DNA of 64,000 nucleotides from an uncultured virus (IMG/VR IMGVR_UViG_3300036940_000262). Taxonomy: Duplodnaviria > Heunggongvirae > Uroviricota > Caudoviricetes. Made by a program: the position numbers and the translations under genes. The notes under the pieces are model-generated. The model was not told the DNA's origin, did no database searches, and worked only from the letters and a program-made list of their open reading frames with translations. Shown here in pieces: positions 1 through 10,303 of this stretch (positions within the stretch are counted from its first letter, which is position 1; each line of letters starts with the position of its first letter). The stretch lies in IMG/VR virus record IMGVR_UViG_3300036940_000262, one strand, 5' to 3'.

Positions 1-2
1 CG

Positions 3-380
3 GATGCTGGGGTAGATTTTGCAACAGCTGCATATCTACTAAGACCTTTTTCAGGTTTTGTTGGCATTGTACTAGGAGTAATGTCAGTCTTTATCTTTAT
101 TATGCTAGGTGTTGTTATGGCTTCGGATTTAGCTTATATGGTATTGCCATCAGTTCGAATCATAGGTGACAGGTCTGATGGGGAGAGACCAAGATGGGTT
201 TCAAGAGAAGCTTTCCATGCTGTGAAAGAGGCAGAGGGTTCTACAACGTATAAAGGTGTATTAGGTATGTATTTGAAATTAAAGATACCTTTGATACTTG
301 GGATGTCTGTTTGCATGACTTATTTAATCAGTGGTAAAGTATTTGACATAATCGGGTTCTTAGTAGATGCGTTTGGGTGA
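3..380 (+). CDS. Multi-pass membrane protein, 5' truncated by the window edge; probable transfer-region component
   Basis: The frame of ORF 81..380 stays open back to position 3 (DAGVDFATAAYLLRPFSGFVGIVLGVM...). It has hydrophobic segments and lies directly upstream of the transfer cluster. Confidence 0.55.
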   Translation, partial: DAGVDFATAAYLLRPFSGFVGIVLGVMSVFIFIMLGVVMASDLAYMVLPSVRIIGDRSDGERPRWVSREAFHAVKEAEGSTTYKGVLGMYLKLKIPLILGMSVCMTYLISGKVFDIIGFLVDAFG

Positions 381-388
381 GGTAGATA

Positions 389-3300
389 ATGAATATGTTT
401 AAAAGAATAACGAGTTTATTAGCAGTTTTTATGGTCGTACTAAACATAGTGATTCCACTGGTAGAAGTAAACGCTGCAACAGACTCTAACGGTAGAATAA
501 GTGCATTTATTAGTTGGAGTGCGGGTAAAGAGGTAAATGTCTCAGACTTTGAAAACACTAAGTTTACTCAAAGAGATCTTCAATTCTTAGGTGTATATTT
601 GTCAAACTTCTATGTACCATTCGGAACAGAGTTAGGTGAGAGTGACGAATTAACAGAGATGAATAAGACAGACATGGTGTCTGCGCTACAAACAAGTTTA
701 AACTTCGATGATGCTGTAGCAACAAGTTTTGTGGAAACTATACTTGGTATGTCTCGTTCTTCATCTCAAGAGTTGAGTTTATATGTCTCTAACACTTATC
801 AAGGGGATATGGTGTCTGTACCAGATGTACCTCTCAATTACTATACTGTACTGTCTTGCATGTTAGGTGGTCTACCAGAAATTATGGAGAGTTACGACTC
901 TACAAATTCTGTATATGCAGGGATGAAGACAGGGTACTATCAGTATGGGTATTTTTGCACAAGTGATGGCAAGCCTGTATTTGATTTTGATCTAGATATG
1001 AGTACAATGACAGCTTCAAACACTGCTTTTATTAAGTGTTTAGAGGCTGTAGATATGGAGAACGGGTATGGTACAAGCTTCTTTGATTTTAAAGAGGGTG
1101 AGATTACAGTAGATAACGATAGTTTTAATATTATTAATGGGGAGGTAACTGACGAGCAATCGTACCAAATGTCAGCATACGGTATGCGACTATCTGTAGA
1201 CTGTTTTGGTAACTTGATCATAAACGGTGCAAATCATCAATTGATAGCTGTACCTGGGTGTATGAATCCGTATACTTGGAAAGAGGTTGATTCGGATGGT
1301 AAAGAAATTTCAGGAATAAATCATGGGGGTACTGCTTATAATTTAATTTCTGTCCCTTCTTTATCGTTGCAGACAGGTCAGGGTAGTAACAGCCTATTCA
1401 GCACTATATCAGCACCAATTGAAAGTACAACAGCAGAAGTTGTAGAGTCTGGGGATGATACAATTGTAATTGCTTTTGACGGCAAACTTGGTGAAAAGAA
1501 CCTTATTTCAGGACGATCAACATATTTGACAATGTTTAAAACGCTTTTAAATTACGGGTTTGGTGGGGAAGATGGCGTAGAGGATCTTTACACAATTGGC
1601 TGGAACGGAAATTCTTTGACAATAAGCGGTAAAGCTTCAGATTTGGTAAAAATGAATCCAAACAGGCTTGATTATGATGTACTTGATTCAGATCCAGATA
1701 AGTACGGAGTGATAAGAGGTGTAAAGAACAATTTCGCCCAGTATTTAGATCCCGGTGTGTCTGGCAATTGGCAGACAATAGACAGTAACTTAACCAAAAT
1801 TTACACTGAAGCACAAAACAAGTTATCTGGTTCTTCTGATGATTCTTCTGCAGTATCAAACACAAAAACAGGTGAAGTTACAATTGATGCTTTGAAAAAA
1901 CACTTAAATAATATGGTTGGTAAAACATATCCTATATTGATGCCCTCTGTAGATGCTGAATATAGTTTTAGAGTTCTTCGAGGAGATAGTGAAACAGCAA
2001 TAGGTGACGGGTATTGGTCGGAAAGTTTTGGGGATATTAAAGACCTATTTACAGGTGAGGATACTTCTGTAGAAGGTATGCAAGCCCTCCTTTTCAAAGC
2101 AGAGACTGGGTTTACAACGGCAAATCCAAAAGCTAAGAACTATTATTTAAGTTCAAAAGGTGATGGGGGTATTGCTGGTTTAAATTATGATGAATTAAAA
2201 ACGTTAGAAGATATAAAATTCTATGCTGAGGTTGGTAGTGGTAGAACTATTTCATTATACGATTCTTTTGTATTTATCGACACAACTGGTGCTGCAAACT
2301 ACGGTAATGATTTAGACTACCAATTATTTAACGTAGCACATTATAACGATGATAAAGCAACATCTTTTAAAGAAGCCTTTACTTCTTGGGCAAAGGATTC
2401 TAAAAACGGCTACACAAATATGTATAAAGACATACAAGAAGGTAAATCAATTGTGCCAACAGGAATGTCAGATGAGGGTTTAATTAGTATTTATGTAACT
2501 TATGCATACGCATCTCTTTATGAGGATAGTGAAGTAAAAGAAACAATAGGAAAATTGGGGTATAAGTTAAATGTAGACGACTTACCAACTGTTCCAGATA
2601 CAGCACTCGTTTTATCTGAAGAGGCTCTATCGGATGCTATGTTAGATGCTATTAGAAATTGGATGTACTACTTACTTCATCCAACAGAAGGTATTGACTA
2701 CTTCCGTATTCTAATTACAAATAAGGTAAATGGTTTATTAGTTGGAATCCATGAGGACATCATTGGTTCGGATAGTACAGGTTTAATAAATGGGACAACA
2801 TACTATCGAGGAGATGTGGGGTATGTAACAACACCTGAGTTATCGGATGTATCTTGGATAGCAAGGTTAATAGACTTCTTTAAACTAGCTTTACCTTATT
2901 TAATTATCATAGTATTACTACTGATGTTTGCAGTATACCTGACAGGGGGTATATCGATGCAAAGAGCGATCATCGGAACAATGCTCTTTGCCATGTGCAT
3001 CACAATGATACTACCAGTAATAAATTCAATAGTAGGTATGTCTAATAGATTTTCAACAGAGCTGTATGGTGAGAGATTTACGTATTGGGCTTTAGTACAA
3101 CATCAATCTTACCAGTCAGCAATAGATGAAGCGGCTGAAAAAGAGAGTTATGAGAACTATTTAAGAGAGCTTTATGCACAAAACTCTGCTGTTTCAGGCA
3201 ATCAGGGTTCAGAGTCAATCATGTTGAGGTGGCAAGCGCCAAAGAAAATGGCATCTTTGATGTTTGGTGAGGATAAGCCTTCTGATGAGTCATCTTCTTT

Positions 3301-5584
3301 AATGAGTTCACAACTGATGTCAGGAATCTTAGGTGGAAAATATTCTGGTGAAAATTATCTTGATGATGAGGATATAAACTATTTATATCGTTCCTATATC
3401 GATATAAGTAACTTTAGTCGATATATTCATCGGGGTTTAACAACAGATGTACAACCTATAAACATGGCATTAGCAAATGATATAACTTACAGTTGGTATC
3501 CGGATTTGCGGGAGTCTATGACAAATTTCAACTTATTGTACGAGTCTGATAGAGCAAATGGTTATTGCAATCTTAATGCAGATGGAAGTACAAGTGGTGA
3601 TAGCTCTAGTATTTTAAGGGTTAAACTTCCTTTGTCATCGAAACTGGTGTCAAAAGCCTATGAGGGGTATGGGACAATTGCAAATATGGGTATCACAGAC
3701 TATGTGGGTATTAATCAAGACGCTTTCAACTTCTCTATACCGATGTTTAATGCAACTTCTTTAGACTATTTTGAAGTATTAAAAACAGCAAATTTCGATC
3801 CTGCATCTGAGGGTTATACACCTGAGGACTTTTCTGCTTTAGCCGCATACGGTTTAATGAGTGAGAATCCTTTTTACTACTTCTCATGGTACTTATATGA
3901 GTCAGGGTTATCAACTGAAAGTGGGGCAACGAACGGATATAAAAACCTATTGCTTGGTCAAGAGGATGCAGGGTTTTTCTACAACGTTTCATCTGAGGAT
4001 ACTGCTGATGTAATATCAAACGGTGAAATGAAAGACTTCATGGATATGCGTTCATTGTTTACTTATGTTATTCCTTATTTAAAACAAGGTAATGATATTG
4101 TTAGAGAGTGGGATAGCACCTACGGTATATTCTTCTACGAGGGGGTATCAACAGAGGAAGGCAAAGAAGCTGAATATGCAGATGATCCTGAATTGGCTCA
4201 AAAATACTGGCATAATCTTAATGTTGCCAGGTTATATAACATATATACTCCTTGGGTAGACTTGATGTATGATTGTTCATACGCAAATGCAGAAAAGATA
4301 AATTACTTGGGTGAAAGCTATGTTATAGAAGACCCTATCAATCCACAGTCTTATCCTGATGATAGACCAATGATTTTCTCCAGAACAGAGATGGCGGATT
4401 ATGGACTAAAGATCAGCCAATTAACAACAGTAGAGCGTAAGATTATCGAAACGAATGATGGTATGCAGGAACGTTTGTTTAATTTATTAAATTACTATAC
4501 ATTTAATGACACTGTATTAAATACAGCAGCCGCAATGAACTGTGCATTTGAGTTTAACTTACAATTTAGTGAGAATGGTTTATTAGGGGAGAATTATAAC
4601 ATTTATCCTCAGTCATTTGAACTAAGTGATTTCTCATACGATGCTTTCTTAAGATTTATATTATCAAACTCGACTGGGGAATCAATGACAGTCGAGCAAG
4701 GTCAAAGTTTTTATAACAATGTTGTAAATCATTCAAATACTGTTACCGCAATAGTGATGATTTTACTGGATATAACCGCTGTGTACTTGCTACCTTACTT
4801 TAAACTACTCTTTATACTAGGTATATTTATCTTAGCGGTACTGCTGACTTTAATCAGTGCAACAAGGTCAGATAATGAGATGAATGTGCTTGGTGGGTTT
4901 GTAAAGGTACTGATAATGCCTATGGTGTCGTTCTTAGCGGTTTCTGTAGGGTTTGCATGGGTAGTATCCCTTTTTATGGGTAGTGGTTTAGTGGGTGTGA
5001 CAGGTGAAACGAGTACATCGATATCCACAGGAGACCCTGTAATTGCTATGGTTATTATGCTTGTACTCAATTGTGTAGCGGTTTACTTATACTTTAAAAT
5101 GTTACTTCCTGTATGGAAAGATGTCATAAAAGGGGTAAAATTTGTCTACAACACTTTCTCAGGGGCGGTAATGGGTCTAGGTGGTGCTGTATTGTCAAAA
5201 GTACAAGGTGCAACTTCTAAGACAACTTCATCTACTGGAACACCTGCGCAGGCTTCTGGCATGATGGGTTCATCAAGTATTAACAACACTTCAACGCCTA
5301 ATTCAGTATCCTCTAAAGGGAGTATATTAAGTGTATTTAGAGATGGGGGTACTGGTAAATCTGGTAGTAGTTCAAGCAGTAAGAGTGGTTTGTTTGATAA
5401 AAAAGGAAGTAAACAAAAAGAAGACAAAGAGCAGTATTCTGAGAAACGTAAAAAATCTATCGAAGATACAGTCAAAGAAGGTGCTAAAAAAGCAAGTAAA
5501 CTGGTTGATAGAGCTGGCTCTAAGACTACAGCTAAGGCCGAGAGTGCAGAGGAAGTTGTAAAAACAGCTAAAAAACTGTTATAG
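389..5584 (+). CDS. Very large exported, polytopic membrane protein (1731 aa); putative mating-channel (VirB6/TcpH-like) or surface component
   Basis: RBS GAGGT; N-terminal signal peptide (MFKRITSLLAVFMVVLNIVIPLVEVNA); two clusters of TM helices (middle and C-terminal); Ser/Lys-rich tail; context next to VirB4. Function inferred from topology and context only. Confidence 0.55.
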   Translation: MNMFKRITSLLAVFMVVLNIVIPLVEVNAATDSNGRISAFISWSAGKEVNVSDFENTKFTQRDLQFLGVYLSNFYVPFGTELGESDELTEMNKTDMVSALQTSLNFDDAVATSFVETILGMSRSSSQELSLYVSNTYQGDMVSVPDVPLNYYTVLSCMLGGLPEIMESYDSTNSVYAGMKTGYYQYGYFCTSDGKPVFDFDLDMSTMTASNTAFIKCLEAVDMENGYGTSFFDFKEGEITVDNDSFNIINGEVTDEQSYQMSAYGMRLSVDCFGNLIINGANHQLIAVPGCMNPYTWKEVDSDGKEISGINHGGTAYNLISVPSLSLQTGQGSNSLFSTISAPIESTTAEVVESGDDTIVIAFDGKLGEKNLISGRSTYLTMFKTLLNYGFGGEDGVEDLYTIGWNGNSLTISGKASDLVKMNPNRLDYDVLDSDPDKYGVIRGVKNNFAQYLDPGVSGNWQTIDSNLTKIYTEAQNKLSGSSDDSSAVSNTKTGEVTIDALKKHLNNMVGKTYPILMPSVDAEYSFRVLRGDSETAIGDGYWSESFGDIKDLFTGEDTSVEGMQALLFKAETGFTTANPKAKNYYLSSKGDGGIAGLNYDELKTLEDIKFYAEVGSGRTISLYDSFVFIDTTGAANYGNDLDYQLFNVAHYNDDKATSFKEAFTSWAKDSKNGYTNMYKDIQEGKSIVPTGMSDEGLISIYVTYAYASLYEDSEVKETIGKLGYKLNVDDLPTVPDTALVLSEEALSDAMLDAIRNWMYYLLHPTEGIDYFRILITNKVNGLLVGIHEDIIGSDSTGLINGTTYYRGDVGYVTTPELSDVSWIARLIDFFKLALPYLIIIVLLLMFAVYLTGGISMQRAIIGTMLFAMCITMILPVINSIVGMSNRFSTELYGERFTYWALVQHQSYQSAIDEAAEKESYENYLRELYAQNSAVSGNQGSESIMLRWQAPKKMASLMFGEDKPSDESSSLMSSQLMSGILGGKYSGENYLDDEDINYLYRSYIDISNFSRYIHRGLTTDVQPINMALANDITYSWYPDLRESMTNFNLLYESDRANGYCNLNADGSTSGDSSSILRVKLPLSSKLVSKAYEGYGTIANMGITDYVGINQDAFNFSIPMFNATSLDYFEVLKTANFDPASEGYTPEDFSALAAYGLMSENPFYYFSWYLYESGLSTESGATNGYKNLLLGQEDAGFFYNVSSEDTADVISNGEMKDFMDMRSLFTYVIPYLKQGNDIVREWDSTYGIFFYEGVSTEEGKEAEYADDPELAQKYWHNLNVARLYNIYTPWVDLMYDCSYANAEKINYLGESYVIEDPINPQSYPDDRPMIFSRTEMADYGLKISQLTTVERKIIETNDGMQERLFNLLNYYTFNDTVLNTAAAMNCAFEFNLQFSENGLLGENYNIYPQSFELSDFSYDAFLRFILSNSTGESMTVEQGQSFYNNVVNHSNTVTAIVMILLDITAVYLLPYFKLLFILGIFILAVLLTLISATRSDNEMNVLGGFVKVLIMPMVSFLAVSVGFAWVVSLFMGSGLVGVTGETSTSISTGDPVIAMVIMLVLNCVAVYLYFKMLLPVWKDVIKGVKFVYNTFSGAVMGLGGAVLSKVQGATSKTTSSTGTPAQASGMMGSSSINNTSTPNSVSSKGSILSVFRDGGTGKSGSSSSSKSGLFDKKGSKQKEDKEQYSEKRKKSIEDTVKEGAKKASKLVDRAGSKTTAKAESAEEVVKTAKKLL

Positions 5585-5595
5585 AGGTGTGAATT

Positions 5596-6549
5596 ATGTT
5601 TTTATTACTGGCATTGCTATTAACAGTTTTTAGTATAGGCCTAAGATTATCTACAAGTGGATTTTCGTTAGCAAGGAAAGTGGCTAAACGAAATAAGGGT
5701 ACTGTAGCAGATGTTGCAGACGTTGGTTTAGCGTCTGCAACACACAGTACAAAAATACTAGGTTCTGTTATTAGAATCTTAAGAGATTTATGCTTAATTA
5801 TAGGCTCTGTAGTTGGGGTAATAGATCTAATTGTATTTGTAGTTTTGGTATCTTCCGCTGGTGGATTTCTGTTACTTTTTAACAACATTGATGGCAGTGG
5901 TGAAAATATTGCGTCTTCATCTACAGTGTCTACTAGTATAGAGTCAACTGAAACTGGTGTTAAACCGACTACGTCTCAGGATATTGGTTCATTTACACAA
6001 TTGATAAATAAAACACATCCTCTCGCATCTGACTATGTACCTGCAAATTTAGAGGTTGTAGACTTAGATAATACCTGGTCAAACAATACAATGATGTTAG
6101 ATTCAACTGCATTAGCTAATTTGAGAAATTTGGTAGGAGACGCTAAAACAGCTGGGTACAGTCTAATGTGTGTATCTGGGTATAGAAGTTACGATTTACA
6201 ATCCAGTCTGTTTAACAGTGCTGTATCGTCTTATGGTAGTGAAGATGCAGCTAATATGGTAAGTGCAAGAGCGGGTCAGAGTGAACATCAATCTGGGTTG
6301 GCTATGGACTTATCATGTGCATCCGAGGGGTATGATTTACAAGAATCCTTCGGTTCAACTCCAGAAGGTGTATGGTTAAAAGATAACGCTTATAAGTATG
6401 GTTTTATTATCAGGTATCCATCTGATAAAGTTAGTATAACAAAATATAGTTACGAACCTTGGCATATCAGATATGTAGGGGTTGATGTTTCAACATATAT
6501 GCAAAGTAGCGGGGAGTGTTTTGAGGAGTTTTTAGGTATACTAGACTAG
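5596..6549 (+). CDS. Membrane-anchored VanY-like M15B zinc peptidase (peptidoglycan peptidase)
   Basis: Motifs SGYRSY..Q, SEHQSGLAMD and EPWHIRY; N-terminal hydrophobic helices. Confidence 0.9.
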   Translation: MFLLLALLLTVFSIGLRLSTSGFSLARKVAKRNKGTVADVADVGLASATHSTKILGSVIRILRDLCLIIGSVVGVIDLIVFVVLVSSAGGFLLLFNNIDGSGENIASSSTVSTSIESTETGVKPTTSQDIGSFTQLINKTHPLASDYVPANLEVVDLDNTWSNNTMMLDSTALANLRNLVGDAKTAGYSLMCVSGYRSYDLQSSLFNSAVSSYGSEDAANMVSARAGQSEHQSGLAMDLSCASEGYDLQESFGSTPEGVWLKDNAYKYGFIIRYPSDKVSITKYSYEPWHIRYVGVDVSTYMQSSGECFEEFLGILD

Positions 6550-6603
6550 TTTTAGATAACTGGTTAATTGGTATCTAAATATTATATAGTATAGTATAGA
6601 GAG

Positions 6604-7704
6604 GTGAGTTTTATGTCTATTTCAGAAAAATCTTCTGAGAACAATATAATGATTCCACAAGAGGGGGACATTACTATAAATGTACCAACACCTTTTGTTG
6701 TTTCAGAAGGGAGACGGGGTTCGTCAAACTTCAAAAAAGCTTCTTCAATTATAATTGGTATTGCGTCTGTAGTATTTTCAATCTACGTAACGTTTTTTGG
6801 TGAAGGGTTTTTTATTGCAAATCTGTTATTTGGGTTATTTACTTTATTAGGAGCATCTATTTTTATAAGGTTTTTCATGTATAAGGAGGGTTTTGTCAGA
6901 AATACAGAACTAGAGCTTCTAGATAATGATTATAGAAGAAAGAGTTCAGATTTTTGGAACATTTTTAGTATATCTTCTGAGTACCCTTATTTTTGCTTCT
7001 TTAAAAACGGGGCAAAAGGTGTATTTGTAGCTTTTGAAAAAGATGTAACAGTAGGTGAGGTAACAGAGTTAGAATACTCTCATTATGATGCAATAAGCGA
7101 TGCATACAATACTGCGTATTCAGAAAATATTGATATATGCCACATGGATTACATGGATGATCTAGGGAGTGACTTAAGAATGGATGAGTGTATATCAAAC
7201 TTAGATGTTGAAGGTATAAACACAGATTTAAAGGATGTCTTGTTAGATGTATTCAACAATCTAAAAGAACAGATGGCTGAGGAAACTACAACTTACGATG
7301 TATATTTGTACTACTCTGTAGGTATGAGTGAGAATTCATTTACTTACAGTTTAGAGAAAATTCTGAGTCACATGATGTTGGCAAACTATTCTTCTTATAA
7401 TGTGCTTGAGGAAAAAGAGATAAGGTCTTTAGTTAAACCATTATTGAACATAAACAACTTTAGTGTGTTGGATGCTATCATGGACTCTTTCGACACAAGT
7501 GAGGATTCTTCATATTTAACTTTAATTAGTGTGGAGTCTAAAAATGGTGAAGAAACAAAAGTATCAAAAACAAGGCAAGAGAGATTAGATGAAGTGTCTA
7601 AAAAATCTGCTGAAAACAAAGCAAAGAAAAAGGATAAAACTAAAAAGAAAGGCAAGAAAAAAGGCAAAGACAGTCAGGAGACTGATTGGGATGACCTTTT
7701 ATAG
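6604..7704 (+). CDS. Two-TM membrane protein with cytoplasmic domain; PrgI/TcpE/VirB3-like position
   Basis: Two adjacent TM segments near the N-terminus, Lys-rich tail, upstream of the VirB4-like gene. Confidence 0.4.
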   Translation: MSFMSISEKSSENNIMIPQEGDITINVPTPFVVSEGRRGSSNFKKASSIIIGIASVVFSIYVTFFGEGFFIANLLFGLFTLLGASIFIRFFMYKEGFVRNTELELLDNDYRRKSSDFWNIFSISSEYPYFCFFKNGAKGVFVAFEKDVTVGEVTELEYSHYDAISDAYNTAYSENIDICHMDYMDDLGSDLRMDECISNLDVEGINTDLKDVLLDVFNNLKEQMAEETTTYDVYLYYSVGMSENSFTYSLEKILSHMMLANYSSYNVLEEKEIRSLVKPLLNINNFSVLDAIMDSFDTSEDSSYLTLISVESKNGEETKVSKTRQERLDEVSKKSAENKAKKKDKTKKKGKKKGKDSQETDWDDLL

Positions 7705-7712
7705 GTGTAGTT

Positions 7713-9047
7713 ATGAAAGTAGTTTTTTCATTTGGTGCTCAATCGCAGGCGATTATAGATGGCAGTTTAAAGGGTTTAGTGGACAATGTGGAGGTTGTAA
7801 CTTTTGCTAATGTGCAGGATTTAGTAGATACAGCTAGAAATAGGGGTATCTGCTATAATAGGATAACTTTTTCTAGTAAGTTCTTAAATGATTATGCAGA
7901 TGATTTACAAGTACTTGCAGATTATATTCATAATGATCCTTCTGCAAGGGAGCGTACAGAGCTTATCTATCTAACAAATGATAAGAACGTAGCGATAAAG
8001 AATATATTTGATGATTTGTTTAATAATCCTTTATTGCATTTATCGGCAACAATTAACGGTGCTTACAGCACTGACATCTTGAAAAGTCTTTTAAGCAAGG
8101 AGTTTAGCGATTTAAAACTTCTTTTAATTGGTGAGGATATTGTAGATAGTATCGAAGAAGTTGAGGATGTGATAGAGGAAGTTGCAGTAGAGACAGATTT
8201 AAAGAAGGTAGAACAGACCAATGGACTAAAGTCTAATTTAAATCTAGCAAATGCTGGTGAGGAACATTTAGATACAGGGTTTTTATCTGAGGATATGTTT
8301 GAAAACGAGATAACAGTTGAGGATGCCGATGTAGTAGAGTTTACTGAGGTCGAGGAAGAGGTAAAATCTGAACTTGAGGTATTAGAATTCGTCCAAGAAA
8401 TTAAAGATCCTGAAAAGCAGTCCATAAGGTTAATTGCAGGGGTAAGGGGTTCTGGTGTTACATCAAAAGTTGTAGATGAGAGTTTCAAAACTTCTAGAGG
8501 AAACAAAAAAGAAGGTTCAGCAACGAAGAAAGTTTTAGTGGTTGATTTAGATGATAAATGCAATGGTATACTTTCATTTTTTGAAACTGAGACTTCCGAT
8601 TTCTATAGACAAGGTTGTATGAATGGGATAAGTGATTTACGAAGAAATTCTTTTTTCACAGTAGACGGTGTGGACGTAATATCTAATGGTTTTGGTTTAG
8701 CTCTAACGCCAGAGGATGTAGAAAATCTACTTAAGTCTGAATTTGTAAAATCTTATGATGTGATATACTTAGATTGTCCACTAGATTGTATAGACTTATT
8801 AACTCCAGAGGTTCTTAGAAATGTTGTGTGTATGTTAAAAATAGCAGGGCATCTTGGATCTTTACATAATACTTTACATCAATTGACTTCTAGGGAATAT
8901 GTAACAGCGGAGGTTGAGGATTTATTATTTAAAAAATCACGATTTCTGGTGTCGGATAAAGCACCTGAGTATGGTAGAGACTTAACTTACATCAAAGAAC
9001 ACTGTTTATTTGGACGTAATGATTGGTATACTAAATTAAGTCAGTAG
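7713..9047 (+). CDS. Degenerate ParA/MinD/CpaE(TadZ)-like P-loop protein with N-terminal alpha/beta domain and acidic linker
   Basis: LIAGVRGSGVTS (deviant Walker A without Lys), KVLVVDLD and YDVIYLDCP are MinD/ParA-type strand motifs. Confidence 0.6.
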   Translation: MKVVFSFGAQSQAIIDGSLKGLVDNVEVVTFANVQDLVDTARNRGICYNRITFSSKFLNDYADDLQVLADYIHNDPSARERTELIYLTNDKNVAIKNIFDDLFNNPLLHLSATINGAYSTDILKSLLSKEFSDLKLLLIGEDIVDSIEEVEDVIEEVAVETDLKKVEQTNGLKSNLNLANAGEEHLDTGFLSEDMFENEITVEDADVVEFTEVEEEVKSELEVLEFVQEIKDPEKQSIRLIAGVRGSGVTSKVVDESFKTSRGNKKEGSATKKVLVVDLDDKCNGILSFFETETSDFYRQGCMNGISDLRRNSFFTVDGVDVISNGFGLALTPEDVENLLKSEFVKSYDVIYLDCPLDCIDLLTPEVLRNVVCMLKIAGHLGSLHNTLHQLTSREYVTAEVEDLLFKKSRFLVSDKAPEYGRDLTYIKEHCLFGRNDWYTKLSQ

Positions 9048-9055
9048 GTGTTTAG

Positions 9056-10303
9056 ATGGTTAATATTGTAGTATCAAAAAATAAACTGGATTTTCAAAAC
9101 TACAGATACTTTAAGACATTGAAAGATGTAGTATCTTCAACTAATAACATAGATGTTTTGGTTTTATTCTATACTGCTGAAGATGAGAGAGATATTCTTT
9201 CTCATCTTTCATCTATAAGAGATAATGTGAACAAAGTAGTATATATTTGCAACAAAGACTTGTCAAGTTACATAGTTAGAGTAATGGTTAACGGTATGGG
9301 AGGGGTTTATTGTGAAGATGACGATATCTACAGCAACAGTGAGGATGATTTAAATTCTTTAGTAGAGGATTGTAAAAACTCTACTATGCTGGTATCAACT
9401 AATCCAAAAGGCAGTGACTTAATTACGGGGTTTGTAGACTCTTGTATAAATGATCTTCATTCTGGTGTCCCAACTTTCTATACTAAGAAATATTTGGAAG
9501 TTGTGAAGAGTGCTTGTGATTTTTTAATTACTGAGTACAAAAGTAAGGATATAGAGAACACGAATCTTTCTAGGGCGGCATACAGTGTTTTATCTTGGGC
9601 ATACGATGTTATGGGTGAGATGGAGCAAGAATTAGGTGTAGCTAAGGAAAGTTTCAACAAGATACAAGAAAGTTTGGAGGTTAGGCAACAATCCGTCAAC
9701 AACAGTGGTTTACCTGTATTTATGTATCCTCAATTTATCTATAGGGGGTACAGTAAAGTGTTGAGAATAAAGGAGTTAGGTTCTGTGAACTACTTAACTT
9801 CTTTTATTTTAGGTTTTAGGTCTTATTTAATAAATGTTATTCATTTAAGACCAAAACTAATTTTTATTTATCCTGTAGGTATTATTCAGAAAGACTTATA
9901 CAATTATAGTTGGGTGTCAACAGAAGATAGTATTAATAAAGGCATAGGAGATTCAATCATATTTACAAACACTCCTACATCAGAATTAATAACAAATTTA
10001 TTAAACGACTCTTATTTTGATACTTTTATAGTTGTAGATAGAACTACTATGGCACATAATCATATAGTTAAAAAAGGTATAGATAAAACGATTTATGCTG
10101 TTAGTGGTGAAACTCCTGTAAATGTATATAAGCTTAATAAGTCTGACTGTATACTTTCAAATAAAGAAGTTTCAGAGTATCTTTGTGGAATTACTAGAAT
10201 AGAAGACTATCCAAAAGAGGAGAATCGTAGAGTTGGGTTGTATACCAAGAAATTTGATAGTCAGTATAAACGTTTAGCAAATAGATTGGAGGGTTTAAGT
10301 TGA
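9056..10303 (+). CDS. Hypothetical cytoplasmic protein (receiver-like N-terminus, coiled coil, possible degenerate P-loop domain)
   Basis: 415-aa ORF in the operon, overlapping the start of the VirB4-like gene; NIDVLVL and FDTFIVVD strands. Confidence 0.4.
   Translation: MVNIVVSKNKLDFQNYRYFKTLKDVVSSTNNIDVLVLFYTAEDERDILSHLSSIRDNVNKVVYICNKDLSSYIVRVMVNGMGGVYCEDDDIYSNSEDDLNSLVEDCKNSTMLVSTNPKGSDLITGFVDSCINDLHSGVPTFYTKKYLEVVKSACDFLITEYKSKDIENTNLSRAAYSVLSWAYDVMGEMEQELGVAKESFNKIQESLEVRQQSVNNSGLPVFMYPQFIYRGYSKVLRIKELGSVNYLTSFILGFRSYLINVIHLRPKLIFIYPVGIIQKDLYNYSWVSTEDSINKGIGDSIIFTNTPTSELITNLLNDSYFDTFIVVDRTTMAHNHIVKKGIDKTIYAVSGETPVNVYKLNKSDCILSNKEVSEYLCGITRIEDYPKEENRRVGLYTKKFDSQYKRLANRLEGLS

Noticed and set aside
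5596..6549. Vancomycin-resistance vanY call
   Set aside because: No vanHAX or vanRS genes; the context is a transfer operon.
6558..6595. Additional copy of the promoter motif (AACTGGTT)
   Set aside because: One mismatch, and spacing to TATAGT is 19 or 24 nt rather than 22; not counted.
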